Below are positions 1-13,949 of a stretch of DNA of 64,000 nt, in pieces; the first letter of the stretch is position 1, and each line of letters opens with the position of its first letter. Origin of the DNA: the human T2T-CHM13v2.0 reference genome, Homo sapiens; the NCBI RefSeq assembly GCF_009914755.1, contig NC_060937.1; one strand, written 5' to 3'. The notes beneath the pieces are model-generated. The model ran no database searches, was not told the origin of the DNA, and was given only the letters and a program-made list of their open reading frames with translations. Made by a program: the position numbers and the translations under genes.

Positions 1-159
1 CTGCGCAGGGTGCTCATAAGGACCCATCAGCCCAGCTCCTTACATAGACTTTAAGCAAATCCCTCTTCACCCCAGCCCGCTTCCACCCTAGTCTTGCTGT
101 CACTTCTAGAGCACCAGGGGCTTGATTATCTTTGGTGGCTTCTTTTTAGGCTTTTAGAC

Positions 160-205
160 CCGGCCTCCTCCCCAAACCCCCCGCCACGTCAGTTACCATG
201 GCTCT
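160..205. promoter_or_regulatory. Candidate promoter-proximal module (GC box, CRE/ATF-type site, RFX X-box-like site)
   Basis: CCCCGCC, CCACGTCA (184-191) and GTTACCATGGC (192-202) abut in the GC-richer window start. Confidence 0.35.
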
Positions 206-2359
206 GCTGCTGTCTGCCTCTATTGTGGGTTGCAGTAAATATATATTTTCCATGAAGACAGAATTTATATATTTATTCTCATTCTACTTACATTTTAGGG
301 CATATTTTTAAGAGACTAAGGGATCAGGATATTCTTTATTACATCATCTTGCAAATGGGAGTTGGTTTCTAATTCTCAGTGTGAAGATTCTCAATATGAG
401 GATGATAATGCAAGGATCATGTAATTGCTTCCCAGATTAGGTTAAAAAATGTGCAAAGCTCTTAAACTTTTAAAGTTTGAGGCTGAGTTGAGAATTAGTT
501 CAGCCTGCAGGGCTCTAATAACTAGCTTTACTGGATAAAATTTCAAGTACATACGGGAGCACTTTCTAACTCGGAGGAGGTATAATATATATTTCTTTTC
601 CCTTTCAATTTGGTAAATATTTTCACATAGAAGAACAATTATAACCTTGTATAATTTCATTGTCTATATTTTAATTGCCAAATTTAAGTAGAATGCATTC
701 AAAGTTTTATTTTGGCTTGCAGAATCAGTATTCAATCACAACTTTTACTGCCTGTTTGAATTAGCCTTCGAACAAATGAGGGGAAAAATGTCTAAATAAC
801 TTTGTAATATTTTAAAGTTTTCATAGAATTAATGGTAATTAAAGACAGCTCACTGTTTATTTCCTACTTAATTATATTTAAAGCTAGATCAGGAAGAATA
901 GAATTCTAGTATATTAAACAGAAGAAAGAGAAAATATTTCCTAAGCCACCAAATATCCACAATTTATTAAAGAAAACATTTAAGATTTTAAAACTTGGCA
1001 TTCTCCACAAAGGCTGAGATATTTCAACTTTAATATCTGAAGCCTATCTGAAATTAGCTCTTCTATTATGACAACTTAAACTAATTAGTGCAGATAGCCA
1101 GCTTTTATTTTTTCCCCTCACAAGTGAGCAATGATTAGATTTCTGCACATAAATATAGCAGTGGGTTTAATGCCCATGAAAGATGCTCAAGATTAAAATA
1201 ATTTCAAATTCAGCCTATCATATAGAAAAAAATAGACGTATAAATTGTATCATTTGGCAAGCAAAAAGCTAAATAAAGTCAGCCAGAGTGGAAAGCAGAG
1301 GCAAAAATGTAGTTAAAATTAAATGGGAAATAAACAGTAGTAGTAGAAGAGAAAGAGCTTAAAATTAACTTTAGAACTTATAGAAGGCAAGGTAGAGTAC
1401 AGGACAGAAAAAACAAATGTATATTCATAGATGAGCTTTGGTTGCTTTTATCTGTTTTTCTTTTTGCTAATGCTTCTGCCTTCATACATGTGCACAACAC
1501 ACAAACACACAAATCAGGGTAATCACAAACATCTCACTCCTTGGTCTACAGTTTTTTAATTCTATATTCTGGTCAGATGTTTCTCTTGGCACTACAGTGA
1601 GTGAAGCAACGAAGGCTCAAGAGAAGACAAATCCTGGGGAGAATGGGAAATGGAATATTTGGTCCCTTAACTTGGGCCCCAGGCTTTTCTCCCTGGGTGG
1701 ACTTAATCTTTAACATACCATGGGATATAGTTTGGAGTTTATACACAGCTAACATTTCCATTCTAAACAGCTGCATTTGTGTTGGCACACTTACCAATCA
1801 ATTTGATACACTCTTTCATTGGGTAGAGAATGCAGAATTTTAACCAAAGAGAAAATAATATTTTCAAATGGTGCTCTGGGTTTGATATTTTTAAAATAGA
1901 ATCACTGGATTAAGTTAAACCTGCCACCAAAATGCTGCGGATGTAGCACTATCCGTTGGTTTAATAATGTTACCGGTTTTCATACAGAAATAATTTTTAT
2001 GCTTCCATGTAGAAACAGATTTAAAAATCACTAAGAAAGGCTAGCAATGTGAGGCTTAACAAGAATCCTGATTGGGTAAAACACAGATTAGTCAAATTGG
2101 ATTAACTTAAATCACTTACATCATTTATTAGTGAAATGATTTCCATGGTATATAAAGATAAATTTAATAAAACTGAAAGATACTTATGATTACTTTAGTA
2201 AAATCAGTTAACCTATGTGACCAGATTCCTGATAAATGAATATAGTCACACAGCAATCTTATTAGAGAAGATGGGAGTAAAGAGTGTTTGAAGAATGCAC
2301 ACAACCAGAATTTTTCTAGTTCTGTCTGATACATTGCAAGCTCTATATGTCATGTTACA

Positions 2360-2670
2360 GTGCTTTCTTCAAAGTCGGCTCTGCATTTGACTCTTATAGT
2401 GGATCTTGTTTCAGATGCTCAATCTTCATTGAAATATTTGATCTGTATTTAGAGCTCATTAAATTTACTGTTGGAAAAGTGGACTCATTTTCCCCAGTTA
2501 TTCCATCGTACTTAAAAGTTTTCCAATAATTAAATTCAGCAGTAGTTTTTACATTTACATTTTCCTTAATGAAAGTTGCATAAAATTAAAAATTCAGCTG
2601 CTCATTTATGCTAGTCAAATGTCAAATTCTCAATAGACCCATCTGATTAATGGCTGCCACATTAGACACA
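2360..2670. mobile_element. hAT-Charlie DNA transposon fossil (Charlie1/MER33-like)
   Basis: Minus strand reads ESTFPTVNLMSSKYRSNIS, resembling the hAT transposase C-terminus; 2610-2668 resembles the MER3/MER33 terminal sequence. Confidence 0.5.
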
Positions 2671-2834
2671 CAAGTAATCTAGTATATCAAAAATCTACTT
2701 TTACAATCAGAAGAAGGACTGAGAATTAGCCAACACAAATTTCCAAAATTAATATTTTTAAATAATTGTTAAGACTAAATAAACAAATATACATAAGAAT
2801 TTAGACATTATTAGTTGGATAACATCATATGTGA

Positions 2835-3167
<333 letters not shown>

Positions 3168-3612
3168 TAATAGTCTCTAGTGGGGTAGAAGGAACTTAAA
3201 GTTACAGGTCAATAGAGAAAATATGGATAAATTAAGTGGAATTTTTTGGCATTAATACAAAAAAGTAAATCTCAAGAAAGCAAGAGAGAAAATAATTATA
3301 ACATTAGCTGAGCAATATAATATATAATATAATAATAGAGCAGAGCAAACTAGAATTTGCCAATAGGTCAATAAATTATAAATCGTGAAAAACTGTACTA
3401 TTGGTGATATGTGAACTCCCTTTAGTAATCTGCAAAGTGTAGTGTTTTAAAAAAATGGTAATTTGACTCTCAATAAGCCTGTCTGTTGATATTGTGCAGC
3501 ATTATATCATTTTTGAGAGAAGAAAGGGCAACTAACAAGTGAAAATGATATCAAGTGAATTCTGTATGTTTGCTAGGACTCCTATAACAAGTTTGGGGAA
3601 GCTTTGTATTGA

Positions 3613-4077
3613 GTTGTAGGGAAATACTTCTTTATAGGCCTCTCTTGTTCTGCATGTCTTATGAGCAGAGGCAGCGGCTGCCCTTGTTTCCAGAGAGTGT
3701 TAGAGTTGCTTCTACAATGAACAGCCTTGGAAGACAGAGTGCTCCCCTAGAGCAAAGGCTATGCATGCCCACTGTGCATCATAAAACATTTAGGTTCCTT
3801 CAATTCAGGGCTCTTTTACCTTCACATAACCCATTGCTGGGGATGTGTCGCTTGAGACTCTTTGTACCAGCCCATGGGAACTGGGACTCACCTCACGGAA
3901 CTGAAGCAAAAACGAGGATTCTTGGCTACCGTTATTGCTGTGAGTAATAAACTATGCTGCTTTTTTTCTGACTCAGGAGTCTTATAGCTCCTACATATTC
4001 ACGAACATGTGGCCGGCTAAACTGTTAATGTTCAAATAGGGTGAAATCTCAGACTCTTCACAAGGTTTACTTTGACA
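3613..4077 (+). mobile_element. Solo ERVL LTR (LTR40-like)
   Basis: Blocks GAACAGCCTTGGAAGA, TATTGCTGTGAGTAATAAA, AAATCTCAGAC..TTCACA..TGACA match recalled LTR40. Confidence 0.75.
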
Positions 4078-6726
4078 ATTGTTATAAATAATTTGTTCCA
4101 TAATTATTTTACCTTGTGAAAACTTTTTATTGTGTGTTTTATTCAATGGAACACAGTTTTATATTAAAAATTAAAACATATGAATTTAAATGTGAATATC
4201 TGTTCAAAATTAAAAGTCATCATAATTTATGTATTTCCATTTTAATGTAAATGTTAAATCCGTTCAATACTTCGTGTTTTAAGTACCTTTTGTTTAATTA
4301 CAGTTAAAAATTACAATTACAATTATAATTGAAATTTACAATGTAAAATTACAATACCACATAACCCAATAAGAATTACATTTAGTCTGATGAAAAAGTA
4401 TATTTCAACCAATAGAAATATCCTACTAGAATGAATTCTATCACTAGGTCATATCAGGTTTTGAGGACTTGTTTAAATAAGGAAGTAATGGGCTGACAAT
4501 GGTATAAGAATATGACAGGGGTCACTGTGCTAGACAAAGTGTGAACCAACTCATTTCCTAATAGAGGTTTTGAAAAGTGTCCATCATAATAATGTGGCAA
4601 TACAACCTAGTATTTGAAGAAAAATAATGCACAGTTATGAAATATTTTCATTTATTAATTTAAAAGGAAACTTCCGAGTTCTGAAAAATCCTTCCTTTTA
4701 TATATTCAAAGTATTTTCTTTCTACTTTTCAGTCCTGGTAGATGTGTTTTAACGTGAATGTAAATTTTCTAAAAAGCATAATTGAACAATTTTACTTGTA
4801 TTACCATTACAAACTTCATTTACATGAGCTAGAGTGGAGAAAATATTATTAAATATTGCTCATGGAAAATATGTTTTTTTTACCAGTCTTCTCTTTTATT
4901 TACTCATCAATTGAAGAAACAGTTATTGAGTGCTTATAACAGACACATATTCACCTCCCAACAAACAACACGGCCAAAGGCTCTCACAGTGCTACTTTTC
5001 TTTTACCCTGATCACAACTGATTGCTTCCAAGGCAAAGAACATGACCCCAGTTAGGACTAACACATTCACTCTCCCCCAAAACACAGACATAGAAAGTAC
5101 TTGGTGCTATTCTAGTTTCAGTTTCCCTGAACCTCAGTTGTTTTGCTCTTCTTTAAATTTTATGGGCCTCACCAATATCCATCCAGTAAAGCTTATAATC
5201 ACATTTTTTGTTTTGTCAGAGTTTGTTTCTGTTGCTGGCAACTAAAAGGATATTATTTATCATGTGCTAGGCAATGGGTATATTACAAATGAGTAACAAT
5301 GTGTATGTTAGAGGAATAACAAAGATGATGCAATTTGGTGAAGACAAGTATAGTAAAAATTGCAAAAACATGAGATAATTAATTGCTAAGGCAAAAATAA
5401 ATTCTAGGTTCCATTGGAGATATCTGATAGGCTTTTAACACAGTCTCATTTCACAGAGGACAAGGGTGCAGGAGAACTAACTTCCTCGATTTTTCCTCAT
5501 TTCTCACATCATTAAACACGATGAAATTGACCTGGAATGTTACTCCATTTTAAATGGCATGTCTACTTTTCTCAGCACCCTTGATGTCTTCACCATCACA
5601 GGGTGACCCTGAGGGAGCAAAAGCCCACTCAGGAGAACATGTACCATAGAAAAGTGCTTTTCAACCCCATCAGCCCAAGCCATGCTCCTTTTAAATAACA
5701 AAATACACTTTGTAATGACTCCTTTAGTACCCAGAAACATTTTTATAGATAATATAACTCATGTTTGTAGAAATTTTAAAACTGAAATCCATAATGACTT
5801 GCGATACAAAAAAAGGGACAAGGATAAACAATTCAAAATGAAATAAAATGTATTTTAATATAAATATGATTGGGCATGACTGCAGTAGAGCATAGTAAAC
5901 TAATTAGATGTTTGTATCTTTATATAGAATCAAGGTGATTATGACAGCGAAAAATACAGAATTATCATGTATATTTTAATGGCCACTAAAATACTACAAG
6001 CAGCTTTCCCACTGACGATGTGAGTTTTCAAGGTGGTGACAGGGCTTCATACCTTCTAAACAAAGCAAAATAAAATTTCCCTTTAATTTATAAAGTGTTT
6101 TCATTCCTGAAAAGCAAGACATTTATTAAAATCATGCAAAAATACTTTTGTTTATATGTGAAATAGTGTTTGGTTCTAGGCTCAGATGATTTTAAACAGG
6201 GTTTCCACCTACATAAATGTCTGATACAACATTAGAAATAGGAGAGGGACTCATGACAAGTTTATATACAGAACTGTAATATGTATTACAGAAGGTCTAG
6301 CATCCCTTGACTACACCAATGAATGACAACAAACTCCATTGACCAAAAATATTATGATAAACAAAATCATCTCCACCCATTTCTATAATGTTCCCTGGAG
6401 AATAGCGCCACCTTCATTGAGAACTACGGTCAGAGGCTTTAAAGACTGTTGACTTGGTGAAACTATTTAACAAATTTTTTTCTTTTTTCCTTAATAATTT
6501 TTATTCTACCTCATATAGAAAGAAATAAAAGAAAGTTGGTTCATATGAGGTAGAGATACCATGAAATAATAAAGCAACATTAATTTCAAGTAGTGCTTCA
6601 ATACAAACAGGAGACAGTTGATGAGAATTAGAGTTGGAGAAAAATAGTCCTGAATTTTGCATGCATAAAGTGAAAACAAATAATACACATTGTACAAATA
6701 CTGAGTTTTTCTCTTTGGAGTCCATG

Positions 6727-7357
6727 TGTTATTGGTGGTGAGTCCAGGTGAGCTCCATAGTCCTTGATCCTTGTCTTCTTGTGAGAAATAATTTGGCCAA
6801 GAGACAGAAGTAGATTTAAGACAGAAATGAGAGTTTATTGAAGCAAAGAAAAGTACACTTGGAATGAACCAAGTAGGCAACTCTAAAGATTGAGGGCCTT
6901 GCCCAACCTTTGGTTCAGGGCTCTTACAGATTTACTATTTCTTTTTTTTTTCCCCCAGTCTCCTCCCTTTGCTGCATGCACAGTGAGTTGCCAGTGTCTG
7001 GGAGGGGCCACATATGCCATTTGGTGATTGAAGTTATGTGCATGCTCTCTTATAGTAAGTTTCCCTTACTGGTCTAGCGCCCCCAGAGGAAGGTCATGTA
7101 TCAGTCAAACTCTGCCATTTTGCCCCTTAATGTGTGTGCTCGGACATGTCCCCATAGTAAGGTCAAGCTCCACTATTTTATGTTAGTATTGGAATGTTGT
7201 TGCTCACAAGCTCAAGATGTCTCCCATTTGTTAGGAAATTTTCCCCTCCCTGTCACCAGCTGCCTGACCATCTTTTGACAGTCACCTGACAGTCACTTGA
7301 CATTATCTGGGGCTCTATCCTGCCCTCCACACATCTGCCTATCTACTTGGTCTAACA
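6727..7357 (-). mobile_element. Solo ERV1 LTR (MER50-like)
   Basis: TGTTA...TAACA termini, 4-bp TSD CATG (6723-6726, 7358-7361), minus-strand AATAAA near 6833-6838. Confidence 0.75.
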
Positions 7358-8769
7358 CATGCTATATAAAAATACTGGGGAAAAAGATTTGGAGCAGAGA
7401 TGGAACAGAGTTGACCATGGGCCAGATGTAACCAGCAAACATTTTGTTTGGCTCACACATAGTTTTAAAAAAATAATAACCAACTTCATCAAACCAGAAG
7501 ATTTATCACACTCCCAAAAACTGAATTTCTTGATTCTTTTGATACATTATAGACCTTAGATTAACCAACCACATTGCAACAGCATACTGGATCAGAGCAG
7601 CAGCCGCTTTCTTAACAGGACTATGCATGCTACTTTGGGGGTATTGCAGTTTTTATCCTGTTTCCCTCCCCCCATTAAAGATTTGCATTTTTCAACACTT
7701 TGTCTCTGCTCTTCAAGAATAGCATAAAGAAGTGAAGTTTATTTCACTAAGCTGTAGGCATTTTGACCTGAGGTAGGGTTGGGAGAGCTTCAGGATTTCA
7801 TTAGTTTTCACTTACAGAATTAATTTTAGGTCACTGGGATGCTGTATGTGAGAAATAATAAGTTTTGAATTAAAGTGGTAAGAGTAATGATAAAATCGGG
7901 AGAGAATAAGCAGTGCAATGTATACTTCAAAGGTAATGTAGATTTGCTTGGTTATTCTCTTTAGATACAGACACAAGAAAACGGAAGGCCTTCATTTGAG
8001 ACAAAATGAAGGGAACAATGAAAACGTTATGAAAGAAACTTAAGTATCAAGAAGATTGCTGGCTTAGGAGGAAAGAGCAGTTCATATTCACATACCCTGA
8101 GGCATCGTTGAAAATGTCATAATCTTTCCATGAAAGAGTTGGCAGATGCAAATCAGGATGATCATTTAAACAACAAAATTGAGTACCACTAGAAATAGGA
8201 TACTTTTTGGATAATGCCTCTGTTTAATGGAAACAACAAAATGAGAAAAAGAGAACTGTAAATAATGGATCTGGGTGAAATGAGGATCCATACAGAGGAG
8301 GATTGTGGAAGGCAACAAAGAATTTCAAAGATTCAGTAGAATGAGATGTTACAGAATCCTCAAGTAGAATGGATGGGGACAAAGATGAGGATGAGTGAGA
8401 AGCGTCCAATCACTCAGCGGCTATGGTTTACATGGAATACTCTATAAATTGTCATAAATGATAAAATGTGGCATAAGGAGAACTTGAGAAAGTGAAGACT
8501 ATCAGACTTAAACTTTTAAGAATTAGAGTTTGAAAGAAAATGGTGACTTAGGGCAGTAGTTTGAGGTAAAAGGTTTCAGATAAATATTTTATAGAAATCT
8601 GGAGACCCAAGTCTGTTTATAAGGAGGGAGATAGAATGAAGAAATAGGGAGAGACTGAGTGTATGTTCAAGAAAATAGATGAAGCCAGGTGTAAGAGGAT
8701 AAGGGAAAGCCAAGAAAACTTTTGAGTAATTAATCTTGTCAAGGAAAACATCATTTAAAAAAAAAGTTG

Positions 8770-9093
8770 GGCCAGGTGTGGTGGCTCACATCTATAATCC
8801 CAACACTTTGGAAGGCTGAGACAGGAGGATCACTTGAGCTCAGGAATTCGAAAGCAGCCTGGGAAACATAGGGAGACCTTGTCTCTACTAAAAATCAAAA
8901 AAAATTTAGCTAGACATGGTGGCACTCACCTGTAGTCCTAGCTACTCAGGATGCTGAGATGGGAGGATTGCTTGTGCCTGGGAGATTGAGGCTACATTGA
9001 GCTACTGTCTTGCCACTACACTCCAGCCTGGGCAACAGAGCAAGACCTTGTCTTAAAAAAAATAATAAAATAAATAAAAATGTAAAAAAAAAA
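8770..9093 (+). mobile_element. AluJ
   Basis: Diverged dimeric Alu with GGAGGATCACTTGAG J-type left arm and A-rich tail. Confidence 0.9.
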
Positions 9094-9884
9094 GAATCAA
9101 AGGAGGATAGTTGAAAATGAATTTTGAGATTAGAGCAACAAAGGAGAGGAAGCCCACATCAGTCAGCTTCAATAGTCTCACTGAAATTTGAAGTGAGACT
9201 TTTTGCCAAAAATTGATGGTAGCTAGAATGCCATGAGACTAGAGCATGTATGAAAAGGCATTCATAGATTTAATGTTCAATCAGCCAGAGGTTTTCAGTG
9301 GTAAAAGGCCAAGAGTCAGATTACCTAGGCCTGTGAATGTTGGCATCATCACCAGATGCTAGCTGATTTACCTATAGTGTTTAATTACCCTGAAATGGAT
9401 TAATAAACATCCTGCTCCTCAGAAGTAGAAAGTGACTTCAATACATTACCCAAATGTGTAGAGCCAGTGCGTGGTGAAGCCGATATTAAGCTCAGGTGTA
9501 GCTGATACTGCATAAGCCTACGCTGTCTCCTTGGTACTCAGCCAGGTTTCGTGCACTCTCTTGACCTCCAGCTGTAAGCACCTGTGCCGTAGGTGAGCCA
9601 CACACTTTCAGAGCACCCATCAACCAAAGCCTCATTCTTCAGTGAGGGTTACTCTCACTCAAGTTTTTCTCTGAAGATTTACCCAAATCCACATACCAGG
9701 ACTCATTAGTTCTAAATTATAATTCTCGGATATTTGGGAGGTAGTGAATTGTTATATTAGTGTATTATATTAATGTGAAATATAGTTGTGTGTAATTATG
9801 CATTCATTATATTAAACATTATATTACCTACATTATACAGTACCTACCTATATATTACCTACAGTATACATTATACTACCTACC

Positions 9885-10230
9885 TATATTATATACAATG
9901 TAATATAGTATATTATATACAATGTAATATAGTATATTATATACAATGTAATATAGTATATTATATACAATGTAATATAGTATATTATATACAATGTAAT
10001 ATAGTATATTATATACAATGTAATATAGTATATTATATACAATGTAATATAGTATATTATATACAATGTAATATAGTATATTATATACAATGTAATATAG
10101 TATATTATATACAATGTAATATAGTATATTATACAATGTAATATAGTATATTATACAATATAATATAGTATATTTTATACAATATAATATAGTATATTAT
10201 ATACAATATAATATAGTATATTATACATTA
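9885..10230. repeat. 24-bp minisatellite (ATATACAATGTAATATAGTATATT)n, about 14 units
   Basis: About 10 perfect 24-bp units followed by degenerate 22-24-bp units. Confidence 0.97.
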
Positions 10231-10282
10231 TAATATACACCAAGGAATAGAGTAAGCACCAAGTTTTCTGTGTTGTAATTCC

Positions 10283-10689
10283 TTTCACTCACGTCCATGT
10301 GAAACCACCAAACAGGCTTTGTGTGAGCAATAAAGCTTTTAATCACCTGGGTGCAGGCGGGCTGAGTCCGAAGAGAGTCAGCGAAGGAAGATAGGGGTGG
10401 GGCCATTTTTCTGGATTTGGGTAGGTAAAGGAAAATTACAGTCAAAGGGGGGTTGTTCTCTGGCGGGAAGGTGTGGGGGTCACAAGGTGCTCAGTAGGGG
10501 AGCTTTTGAGCCAGAATGAGCCAGGAGAAGGAATTTCACAAGATAATGTCATCAGTTAAGGCAGGAACAGGCCATTTTCACTTCTTTTGTGGTGGAATGT
10601 CATCAGTTAAGGCAGGAACTGGCCATCTGGATGTGTACGTGCAGGTCACAGGGGATGTGATGGTTTAGCTTGGACTCAGAGGCCTGACA
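10283..10689 (-). mobile_element. 3' LTR (LTR7)
   Basis: Starts TGTCAGGCCTCTGAG on minus strand directly after polypurine tract AAGAAGACAGGAA (10690-10702); ATTAAA poly(A) signal near 10338-10343. Confidence 0.97.
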
Positions 10690-13046
10690 TTCCTGTCTTC
10701 TTATATTAATAAGAAAAATAAAAGGAAATAGTTGTAAAATGTTGGGACGGCGAAAATTTTGGGGGATGGTATGGAGAGATAATGGGCGATGTTTCTCAGG
10801 GCTGCTTCGAGCGGGATTAGGGGTGGCGTGGGAACCTAGAGTGGGAGAGATTAAGCTGAAGGAAGATTTTGTGGTAAGGGGTGATACCGTGGGGTTGTTA
10901 GAAGAAACATTTGTCATGTAAAATTATTGGTGATGGCCTGGATACCGTTTTGTATGGATTGAAAAACTAAACAGAGTAAGAGAAGGAGAAATACAGGTAT
11001 TAAAGGACTAAGAATTGGGAGGACTTAGGACATCTAATTAGAGAGTGCTTAAAGTGGTTCGGCATAGCCTTGCCAGCAAAGATTATTTACTTACTTTAAG
11101 AGTTAAGAGTGGTGGTTTGGGGATAGCACCAGGAGATATCAGCTGTGATGGCTTGGAGAAACAGTGTAAACCGGCAGTGTAAACAAGAGCAGGGCATGTA
11201 TGAGTAGTTGAGAATGGTGAATAGGAGTATGACTAGACAGAAGATAGTAGGGATGACAAGTTTTTTGGGGCACAGTTCAAGTTGGTCTGGTGTCTGGGAT
11301 GAGACTGGGGCCTAATAGAAAGGATCATCTATACAGGAGCTCAAATGGGCTGTACCCTGTAGCATTCTGAGGACAGGCCTGACTTCTGAGAAGGGAAAGT
11401 AGTAAAAGTATTGTCCAGTTCTTTTTAAGTTGGTGGCGGAGCTTGGTGAGGTGTATTTTTAAAAGACCTTTAGTCCGTTCTACTTTTCCTGAAGACTAAG
11501 GACTGTGAGGGATATAAAGTTTCACTGAATACTAAGAGCCTGAAAAACTGCTTGGCTGATTTGACTAATAAAGGCTGGTCTGTTATCAGACTGTATAGAG
11601 GTGGGAAGGCTAAACTGCGGAATTATGTTTGCCAGAAGGGCAGAAATGACTGCGGTGGCCTTCTCAGACCCTGTAGGAAAGGCCCCTACCTATCCAGTGA
11701 AAGTGTCTACCCAGACTAAGAGGTATTTTAGTTTTCTGTCTCGGGGCATGTGAGTAAAGTCAATTTGCCAGTCCTGGGCAGGGGTAAATAAATCCCTGAG
11801 CTTGATGTGTAGGAAAGGGAGGGGTAGTAGAATGGCAGATGGAACACTGAGAAGTGATTTCTTTGAGGATAGATTTCTAGGATGGAAAGGAAATGAGAGG
11901 TTCTAAGAGACGGATTGGCAGCTTGTAACCTACATGGAAGAGGTTATGAAATGACGACAGAATAATAGAATGGGCTTGTGAGGCTGGAAGGAGATATTTT
12001 CCTTGGTCTCAGAACTATTTGCCTTGTATGGGAAGAGATTGATAGGTGGAAGTTTCAGCGGGGGAGTAGGTGAGAATGACCGATGTGAAGGAGAAAAACT
12101 GGACGTAAGGGATAGAAGTTGGAAAGCTAGCTGCTTGTCTAGCCACTTTTATCAGCATAAGCGTTGCTTAGAGCAGTCAGATCTGACGCCTTTTGATGGC
12201 CTTTGCAGTGAATGACTCCAGCTTCCTTTGGAAGTAAAGCGGCCTTGAGCAGAGTTTTTATTAAAGAGGCATTAATGATGGAGGACCTTTGCATAGTGAG
12301 GAAACCTCTTTCAGCCTATATAACAGCATGGTGGTGCAAAATATGAAAGGTATATTTAGAGTCAGTATAAATATTGATGCTTAGTCTTTTTGCAAGAGTG
12401 AGGGCTTGAGTTAAGGCAACTAGTTCGGCTTGCTGAGAGATAGTGGAGGGGGGCAGAGCGGTAGCCTCAATGATAGATGTGGAAGATACTATAGCATAGC
12501 CTGACTTTGCTGGTGAGTGGCGATTAGGCCTGGTGGAACTGCCATCAATGAACTAAATGTGATCAGGGTGAGGAACAGGAAATAAGGAAATATGGGGAAA
12601 TGGGGTGAATGTCAGTTGGATCAGAGAGATACAGTCATGAGGGTCAGGTGTGGTATCCGGAATAATGTGGGAGGCCGGATTGAAGTCCGTGCCAGGAACA
12701 ATGGTAATTGTGGGAGACTCAGCAAAGAGTGAATATAGCTGAAGGAGCCATGAAGCAGAAAGTATACGCATCAGGTATGAGGAAGAAAATAGATTTTGGA
12801 AGTTATGAGAACTGTAGAGAGTGAGTTGAGCATAGTTTGTGATTTTTTGGGCCTCTAAAAGTATTAAAGCAGTGGCAGCTGCTGCACGCAGACATGAGGG
12901 CTAGGCTAAAACAGTAAGGTCAAGTTGTTTGGACAGAAAGGCTACAGGGTGCGGTCCTGGGTCTTGTGTAAGAATTCTGACCGCACTAACCATGCCTAGG
13001 AAGGAAAGGAGTTGTTGTTTTGTAGAAGGGATTGAGGTTTGGGAGA

Positions 13047-13613
13047 TTAGCCGGACACGATCAGCAGGGAGAGCACATGTGTTTTTATGAGAATTATGCC
13101 GAGATAGGTAACAGATGAGGAAGAAATTTGCACTTGACTGAAGTAATGGGGGTTGTCTGTGAAGCTTTGCGGCAGTGCAGCCCAGGTAATTTGTTGAGCC
13201 TGATGGGTGTCAGGGTCAGTCCAAGTGAAAGTGAAGAGAGGCTGGGATGAAGGCTGCAAAGGAATAGCAAAGAAAGCATGTTTGAGATCTAGAACAGAAT
13301 AATGGACTGTGGAGGGAGGTATTGAGGATAGGAGAGTATATGGGTTTGGCACCATGGGGTGGATAGGCAAAACAATTTGGTTGATAAGGCGCAGATCTTG
13401 AACTAACCTGTAAGCCTTGTGTGGTTTTAGGACAGGTGAAATGGGGTAACTGTAAGGGGAGTTTATAGGCTTTAAAAGGTCATGCTGAAGCAGGTGAGTG
13501 ATAACAGGCTTTAATCTTTTTAAAGTGTGCTGTGGGATGGGATATTGGCATTGAAGGGGGTAAGGGTGATTAGGTTTTAATGAGATTGTAAGGGGTACAT
13601 GATTGGTCACCAA
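13047..13613 (-). pseudogene. HERV-H pol remnant (N-terminal reverse transcriptase)
   Basis: Motifs QYPIP, YRLVQDLRLIN, YSVLDLKHAFF, LPQSFTDNPHYF; sequence breaks off before the YxDD catalytic motif. Confidence 0.92.
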
Positions 13614-13644
13614 GAAGGAAGTAGAGGTATCTTATACTTGTGGG

Positions 13645-13947
13645 TTAAGGTGGGGGGATATGAGAGGAGGATGAGAAGGAGGCTTTGAACTGGGGAAAAG
13701 GGCAGCAATGAGGTGTGGCTATGGCTAATAAGGGAACTGGGCAGGTGGGGATAACTAAAATAGAGTGCATAAAAGAATGTTTTCTAAGTTGGCATACGAG
13801 TTGAGGAGTTTTAAGAGGTTTAGAAGCCTGGCCGTCAACACCCACAACAGTTATGGAGGCAAGGAAAACAGGCCCTTGAAAAGAAGGTAATGTGGAGTGG
13901 GTAGCCTCCGTATTGACTAAGAAGGGGACGGACTTACTTAACTCCAC
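13645..13947 (-). pseudogene. HERV-H protease remnant
   Basis: FLVNTEATHSTL (degenerate DTGA active site), flap-like VVGVDG, PTCPVPLL. Confidence 0.85.
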
Positions 13948-13949
13948 TG

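Noticed and set aside
9788-10141. Repetitive ORFs (YYIQCNIV)n and reverse frames
   Set aside because: Artefact of a 24-bp tandem repeat
13047-13947. Functional retroviral protease/RT
   Set aside because: Protease active site is NTEA, RT lacks YxDD, frames are broken
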